From assembly GCA_964016885.1 (NCBI GenBank), contig OZ024742.1:152086001-152150000 (forward strand): 64,000 bases of DNA, written 5' to 3'. Each line of letters opens with the position of its first letter. The first letter of the stretch is position 1. The translations under genes were made by a program, and so were the position numbers. A model generated the notes under the pieces. That model did not search any database and had not been told where the DNA came from. It worked only from the letters and a program-made list of their open reading frames with translations. The DNA is from Eledone cirrhosa (taxonomy: Eukaryota). Positions 58,035-64,000 of this stretch are shown piece after piece.

Positions 58035-58039
<5 letters not shown>
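57602..58039. repeat. ~115-bp direct repeat pair (period ~322 bp)
   Basis: 57602-57716 versus 57924-58038. Confidence 0.7.
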
Positions 58040-58080
<41 letters not shown>

Positions 58081-58082
<2 letters not shown>

Positions 58083-58267
58083 ATAAGTTATTCCAAGTTG
58101 AATCGGAGCTAACAACGGTAAGTAAGGTACTCAATACATAGCAGAGTATACATGTTTTAATATAGAATAGTTTCTACAGGACTAGATCTGTTTCATTGGT
58201 GAGAAATCATCAGGAAGCGCTTCCTGATGATTTCTCACGACAAAACAGTTCTAGTCCTGTAGAAGCT

Positions 58268-58270
<3 letters not shown>
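58081..58270. mobile_element. Miniature fold-back module with two head-to-head hammerheads
   Basis: Centre gaagc|gcttc at 58218/58219. Minus: gcttc-CTGATGA...GAAA-cag atctagtc ctg-TA-gaaac. The plus copy has AAAA in place of GAAA. Same family as 36043. Confidence 0.8.
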
Positions 58271-58326
<56 letters not shown>

Positions 58327-58332
58327 ATAATA

Positions 58333-58523
58333 ATTGTTTCTACTTTTGGCATAAGGCCAGCAATTATCCCAGTGCATTATTACTGGTACTTTATTTTATC
58401 GACCCCATAAGGATGAAAGGCAAAGTTAACCTCAACGGGATTTGAACTCAGATCGTAAAGAGGCGTAACTATGCTGCAAAGCATGGCGTCCAACCCTCTA
58501 CCGATACTGTCAATTCACCGCCC
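58333..58523 (-). mobile_element. SINE family A
   Basis: Reverse complement of 7486-7670, between TAA tracts. Confidence 0.88.

Positions 58524-58610
<87 letters not shown>
58524..58610. repeat. (TAA)n microsatellite abutting the 5' end of Dong copy 2
   Basis: Direct reading. Confidence 0.98.
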
Positions 58611-58618
<8 letters not shown>

Positions 58619-61600
58619 CCAAAAAACGTAAAGAAAATAAGAATGAAGAGAGAAGCAGGCGGACGGACAGAGAAGAGGGGGGGGAAACTAAAACTTAAAA
58701 AACAAAAACTAAGTCAGACATTCGAACACTACATTACAATGAAACTTATGCTTATTCATTTTTGGGGCCCTTTCTGCCTGTGTGTTTGTTTGTTTATGTG
58801 TGTTCGTATACAGCGTGGTGATAATGCCACACAAGGGCCAAGTGGAATGGCGGATCCACAGATGGATATGTAACCATACATTCGCCAATCCTCGATAAGA
58901 GTGTTTAAATATCGAACATAAACAGTTCGAATAACGGTGAAATGGAGACTAGAACGTCATGTGACAGACTCTCACCCAACAGGTGCCCCCTGGCTCAGCA
59001 GCAGGAACCTGACTGTCAACCAAATACTGCTGATGTTGGAGGAAGGAGAAGAAGGAAAGGGGCCAGAACCAACTGGACGAAAGAATTGAATAAAACTGTT
59101 ATGCAATGTTACCTGAAAAGTAACCCCAAGGAGAGGGGCTACAGGAGACGGATGCATAACATCTGGAACGAGATTGGTTTATTTAAATTAGATGAACAAA
59201 AATTGGCCGGGCAGGCTCGGGTAATAAGAACTAATGGATGGATAAGCGAGCTGGAACTGGAGGAACTGAGCAGAGAGAATGGCTTGGAGATGGCGGGTGT
59301 AGTATGCCAGACAAACGGGCCAGTGGGAAATGAAGGTGAAGAGGTCCTGAGAACGGAGGAATCACCCGAAGCAGACAATGATCTGAATACTGAGATAAAT
59401 AATACCTGGAACAGAGATACGGCCACTGAGGAGATGAATGCTGACGGGCTAGGACAAGATTCGGTTGACATCCTAAATTTAGTGGTAGATGAATTGAACA
59501 ATGATAGTGGGAGACCTATGAACCTAAGATTTGTAGACAGGAAAAAGTTAAAAGAAACAACAGCTAAGGTAAACAAAATCATCCCATACCTTGAGGCGAG
59601 GAGCCTTCACCAGTGCAACAATATTCTCAAAGCAATAGCAAATACGGTGAGGAAACTACTTGGTATAAAAGCGAGAGGAAACAACAGACAAGAAAGAGCA
59701 GAGCCGTGGTGGAAGAAGCGACTGAGTGGGCAAATCGGGGAAATGAGAAATGACATAGGAAAGCTTGAGTCACTACTGAATGGGACACTAAAAAACATAG
59801 GCACTAAAAATAGACTGGAAATAAAATACAAAACTAGGAGGAAAAAGCTAAATATTATCATAGAGGAACTGAAGCAACGCATTGTAGCAAAGAGTGCAAA
59901 AATCAGGCGATACGAGAACAGAGTCAGTCAGTATAAACAGAACCGCATGTTCGACAACAACCAGAAGATGCTGTTTGGACAGCTTGAGGGGAAAGAAAGA
60001 GGCAACGACTTGATCCCTGGGGCGGAGCAAACTAAAACATTCTGGAGAGTAATATGGGAGCAGGATGTTAGACACAATGCCCAGGCAGGGTGGATTGAGA
60101 CAGTACAGAGGGAGATCGGTGAGCAGGCACAACAACAAACTGATTTGAGTATCACAGTTGAAACTCTTAAGGGGCAGGCCAAAAAACTAACCAACTGGAA
60201 ATCACCAGGCCCAGATGGTGTGCAGGGGTATTGGATTAAACATTTAACATCCCTCCACCCGAAGCTGACGGCCATGTTCAATGACTGCTTGGTGTCGGGT
60301 GAGGTGCCAGAGTGGTTGACAAAAGGTACCACAGTTCTGATAATGAAAGACCGAATCAAGGGTAATGATGTTACCAACTATAGACCTATCACATGTCTGT
60401 CCGTAATGTGGAAACTGTTGACGAGCATTGTGTCTGAGGAAATCTACCATCACCTCCACACAAACAACTTGTTACCGGACGAACAGAAAGGATGCCGAAA
60501 GAAGTCACGTGGTACAAAGGACCAGTTACTTATTGATAAGATGGTAATGGGGAATTGCAGGAGGAGACACACTGATCTTGCCATGGGATGGATAGACTAC
60601 AGAAAGGCATTTGACATGGTGCCTCATTCCTGGATCACCAAAAGCCTGGAGATCTTCAGGGTGGCAGATAACATCAGACAGTTGCTAGGCAGGAGTATGG
60701 GGTCCTGGGAGACAGAGTTGACATCAACTGAAGTATCCTTGGGAAGCGTGAAGATCAAGAGAGGTATCTTCCAGGGAGATAGCCTGTCCCCTCTGTTGTT
60801 TGTCCTTGCCCTGATGCCCTTGACCATTATGCTGCGAAAAGTGAGAGCAGGATACAAGTTGGGAAGGGGAGAGCTTACCATCAATCACCTCCTCTTCATG
60901 GACGATCTTAAGCTCTTCGGGAAAAGTGAGAAGGAGTTGGATGTGCTTGTTGACACTGTCCGTATTTTCAGCAGTGATATATGTATGCAGTTTGGTATTG
61001 GTAAATGTGGAGTCATTGTGATGAAGAGGGGTAGGTTGAGCAGAAGTAACGGGATCCAGATACCAACAGGTGAGATGATAAAGGAAATTGACTCTGAGGA
61101 AGGATACAAGTATTTGGGCGTTCTGGAGGCTGATGGCATAAAGAACAAAAAAATGAAGGAATTGTTAAGAACTGAATACATTCGGAGAGTAAGGAGCGTA
61201 TTGAAGTCACATCTGAACAGCAGAAATGCCATAAGCGCAGTAAATTCCCGAGCTGTGTCTATTATTAGGTACAGTGCGGGAATTCTGAGATGGAATGTTG
61301 CTGAACAAAAAGAAATGGATAGGAAGACTAGGAAGCTATTGACTATCTACAACATGTTCCACAAGAGGAGTGATATCGATAGACTCTACCTAAGGAGATC
61401 TGAGGGTGGAAGAGGTCTTATCAGCATAGAGGACTGTGTTCAGATGGAGAAAAACAACCTATACAAATACGTGACCTATAGTAAGGAGCCAATGCTCAGA
61501 ACTGTACTGAAGGAGGGGACAGTAGGCCAGGGGATGTCCAAGGAGGAAATAACATCAAGGAGGAAGAGCAGCCTTAAGGGAAAATCCCTTCATAGTACCT

Positions 61601-62440
61601 TCTTTGAGAAAACTGAATTTAGAGATCCACAGACATGGAACTGGTTGAGAAGAGGAGACCTCAAAAAGGCTACAGAAGGAATGCTAATGGCTGCGCAGGA
61701 GCAGGCCCTCAAAACGAAGTGGTTGAAGCACCATATCTACAAGGAGGAGGCTAGCCCACTGTGCAGGATCTGTGGAGAGAGAGAGGAGACTGTGGCTCAC
61801 ATTGTGTCCGAGTGTAAACACCTAGCCCAGACCCACTATAAGGGCTGGAGACACGATGTGATGGGCAGGGTGATCCACTGGCACCTGTGCAAAGTAAACA
61901 ATTTACCACATTCTGAGAAATGGTATGAGCATAGGCCAGAGGCGGTGATGGAGAACAATCAGATGAAGGTGCTGTGGGATTTTAGGATACAGACGGACAA
62001 AAAACTGGAACACAATAGACCTGACCTGGTGGTTGTGGACAAAGAAAAAAGATCGTGTCTGATTGTGGATGTGGCCTGCCCGTTCGACACGAGAGTGCAA
62101 GAGAAGGAGAGGGAGAAAATTAACCGATACCAGGACCTAAAGTGGGAGGTGAAAAGGATTTGGAACTGCCATGAAGTCAAAGTGATCCCGATTGTCATAG
62201 GCGCACTGGGGACTATCTCCAAAAGTTTCCAGGGATGGTTAAAGAAAATCGGCCCCTTCACGCTTTTTGGAACGCTTCAAAAGGCATGCTTGCTTGGAAC
62301 AGCAAGAACCCTCCGATACGTCCTGAATATCTGAGGCTGCAGGTAGTGGCTTGATATTCAATCCAACGGACTTTCCAGTTAACCAACATCAATGACTGAG
62401 ATTCAAGGAATAACAACAATAATAATAATAATAATAATAA
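58610..62440 (+). mobile_element. R4/Dong-type non-LTR retrotransposon, copy 2
   Basis: Same structure as copy 1, with (TAA)n on both sides. Confidence 0.93.
58942..62334 (+). CDS. Reverse transcriptase / restriction-like endonuclease polyprotein (1130 aa)
   Basis: All RT motifs, CCHC knuckle, RHD and an intact RPD...D...K nuclease motif. Confidence 0.95.
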   Translation: METRTSCDRLSPNRCPLAQQQEPDCQPNTADVGGRRRRKGARTNWTKELNKTVMQCYLKSNPKERGYRRRMHNIWNEIGLFKLDEQKLAGQARVIRTNGWISELELEELSRENGLEMAGVVCQTNGPVGNEGEEVLRTEESPEADNDLNTEINNTWNRDTATEEMNADGLGQDSVDILNLVVDELNNDSGRPMNLRFVDRKKLKETTAKVNKIIPYLEARSLHQCNNILKAIANTVRKLLGIKARGNNRQERAEPWWKKRLSGQIGEMRNDIGKLESLLNGTLKNIGTKNRLEIKYKTRRKKLNIIIEELKQRIVAKSAKIRRYENRVSQYKQNRMFDNNQKMLFGQLEGKERGNDLIPGAEQTKTFWRVIWEQDVRHNAQAGWIETVQREIGEQAQQQTDLSITVETLKGQAKKLTNWKSPGPDGVQGYWIKHLTSLHPKLTAMFNDCLVSGEVPEWLTKGTTVLIMKDRIKGNDVTNYRPITCLSVMWKLLTSIVSEEIYHHLHTNNLLPDEQKGCRKKSRGTKDQLLIDKMVMGNCRRRHTDLAMGWIDYRKAFDMVPHSWITKSLEIFRVADNIRQLLGRSMGSWETELTSTEVSLGSVKIKRGIFQGDSLSPLLFVLALMPLTIMLRKVRAGYKLGRGELTINHLLFMDDLKLFGKSEKELDVLVDTVRIFSSDICMQFGIGKCGVIVMKRGRLSRSNGIQIPTGEMIKEIDSEEGYKYLGVLEADGIKNKKMKELLRTEYIRRVRSVLKSHLNSRNAISAVNSRAVSIIRYSAGILRWNVAEQKEMDRKTRKLLTIYNMFHKRSDIDRLYLRRSEGGRGLISIEDCVQMEKNNLYKYVTYSKEPMLRTVLKEGTVGQGMSKEEITSRRKSSLKGKSLHSTFFEKTEFRDPQTWNWLRRGDLKKATEGMLMAAQEQALKTKWLKHHIYKEEASPLCRICGEREETVAHIVSECKHLAQTHYKGWRHDVMGRVIHWHLCKVNNLPHSEKWYEHRPEAVMENNQMKVLWDFRIQTDKKLEHNRPDLVVVDKEKRSCLIVDVACPFDTRVQEKEREKINRYQDLKWEVKRIWNCHEVKVIPIVIGALGTISKSFQGWLKKIGPFTLFGTLQKACLLGTARTLRYVLNI

Positions 62441-63030
62441 TTGTGAAATAACAATTCTTAGTACAAATAATGCATAAACCACCGAATCAAGTCTCATAAA
62501 ATTTCGGATACATATTATATTGTTATATCGCTGAAATATTCAATTTTGTATTATATATTTTGTATTCAAAAAAGAAAATGGTTATAAATGGAAGAAAACA
62601 CCCTCTGTCTACACTATATAGAACAGCCAAGTAACAGCAATTTCACCAACACCAGAAACTTGATACACCACCTACCCCATCACACTAAATATAACAGCCA
62701 GATAACGGCAATTACACCACCACCACCACCAATCCCAGCATAATAATAATAATAATTACTATTATTATTGTCTCAAGTTTTAACAAAATGTTTAATTCCA
62801 ATTTTACGGGAATATGTCAACACAATATATATTAAACATACGCGACACAAACGCATAGATACTACAGATCAAACAAAACTAGTTTATTTAACACATATAT
62901 TAAACATACGCGACACAAACTCATAGATACTACATATCACAAAACTCAGTAACGACAACGCCACCGCCGCCACCACTCCATCCATCATTGCTACCACTAT
63001 CCCATCACCGCCGCCACCACTCCTTCATTG
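62441..63030 (+). repeat. Unclassified dispersed repeat, also at 43280-43640
   Basis: Colinear similarity by eye, with an inserted block at about 62740-62945. Confidence 0.7.
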
Positions 63031-63582
63031 CTACCACCACTATTCCCCTGTTAACTTAAGAAGAAAAAAAGAAAGGGGAAGATGGCGGTATCACTAGACA
63101 AGGGAGAGGCTAGCAAAAGATATAAATAGATTGACTTAGTGACCTGGCCACCGGCCAAACGTCAACAACTATGGCACTGCTGGCTCCACCCTTCCTCACC
63201 AACAATATAAAAAGCCCCAGCACCACCACCGACATAACCAACAACAATAACAGGCAACTTCAGCAAAAAGTATATTATATTATTGTAATGCACTGGGTGA
63301 TTGCTGGCCTTGTGCCTGGTGTGGAGACAATTATTAATAATTTCATTCTTAAGCCACGCAATGCTCACATTAAGGAACCACTCATGATAATAACAATTTA
63401 AAAAAAAACAACAAAAAGAAAACCCCGTGACCAAGAAATACCGGGATGGCGGCCGGCGGGGAATAGCCGTGTCTCTAGGGGAGAACGACCCCTCTAGTCT
63501 TGGTTGACACTCGTTCTAGAAGTGGTAACACGAAATGATTACCCCTTGGCGGATAAGGATAAAACGCGACAAAATAAAGTAA

Positions 63583-64000
63583 ATGTCTAATGATAAAATC
63601 TCATACCGGATCGGCCGTCACCCGGGTAAAAAAGGGCCGCGTCCCTCAGAGAGGAACCAGACTGGGGTCGAAAAATCAGCTAATGGTTCAAACCTTCCCA
63701 TCACTTCGGAGCTGGAGACCTCCCATAACCGGAATACTCCTACTGTTGGCCCTCCATGCTCACGACCAAGAAATTCAAAGAAAAAGAGAGAAAAATGGGC
63801 AAGGGAAGATAATAAAGAAGTCCTTGAGGCTTTCTACACCGCCATGTATTACCCATCAAATACATCGAATACAGAACAGACATATATCAACTGGAAAAAG
63901 AAACAACCCGAAAACAGAGGCTATATTGACAGTAACAAACTAGCCAATATACGAAGAAATATTGTAAGAAAAATGTTACTAACTGATATAGAAATTGATC
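63583..64000 (+). CDS. N-terminus of a third R4/Dong-type polyprotein, running off the window
   Basis: Open frame MSNDKISYR...KREKWAREDNKEVLEAFYTA...TYINWKKK...IDSNKLANIRRNIVRKMLLTDIEID, which parallels RTNWTKELN...DEQKLAGQARVIRTNGWISELEL of 44268. Confidence 0.75.
   Translation, partial: MSNDKISYRIGRHPGKKGPRPSERNQTGVEKSANGSNLPITSELETSHNRNTPTVGPPCSRPRNSKKKREKWAREDNKEVLEAFYTAMYYPSNTSNTEQTYINWKKKQPENRGYIDSNKLANIRRNIVRKMLLTDIEID

Noticed and set aside
63428-63533. HDV-like ribozyme call for the third Dong 5'UTR
   Set aside because: P1/P2-like pairings exist, but the catalytic C in J4/2 and the P1.1/L3 consensus are missing. Kept only as a structured UTR.

Overview
Repeat-saturated, AT-rich animal genomic DNA with no recognisable host gene. 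The tRNA-derived SINE families and the microsatellite load suggest a cephalopod such as Octopus (inference). Most ORFs in the track are (TA)n/(CA)n artefacts. The real coding content is mobile: two ~98%-identical intact R4/Dong-type RT-REL retrotransposons in (TAA)n tracts, the 5' end of a third Dong-like family, a decayed fourth, a frameshifted RTE LINE with three C2H2 fingers, a decayed hAT transposon, a CRE-like remnant and five Penelope-like (GIY-YIG) remnants. The most striking signal is non-coding. More than 20 type I hammerhead-ribozyme motifs from over a dozen unrelated sequence families sit in short modules wedged between (TA)n tracts. Many modules are fold-back palindromes with a ribozyme on each strand, several use a compensatory U3-A8 core, several have 50-90 nt insertions in helix II, and two show head-to-tail ORF-less monomers (~520 nt and ~1 kb) resembling retrozymes. 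All folds were read by eye and none is experimentally or computationally validated.
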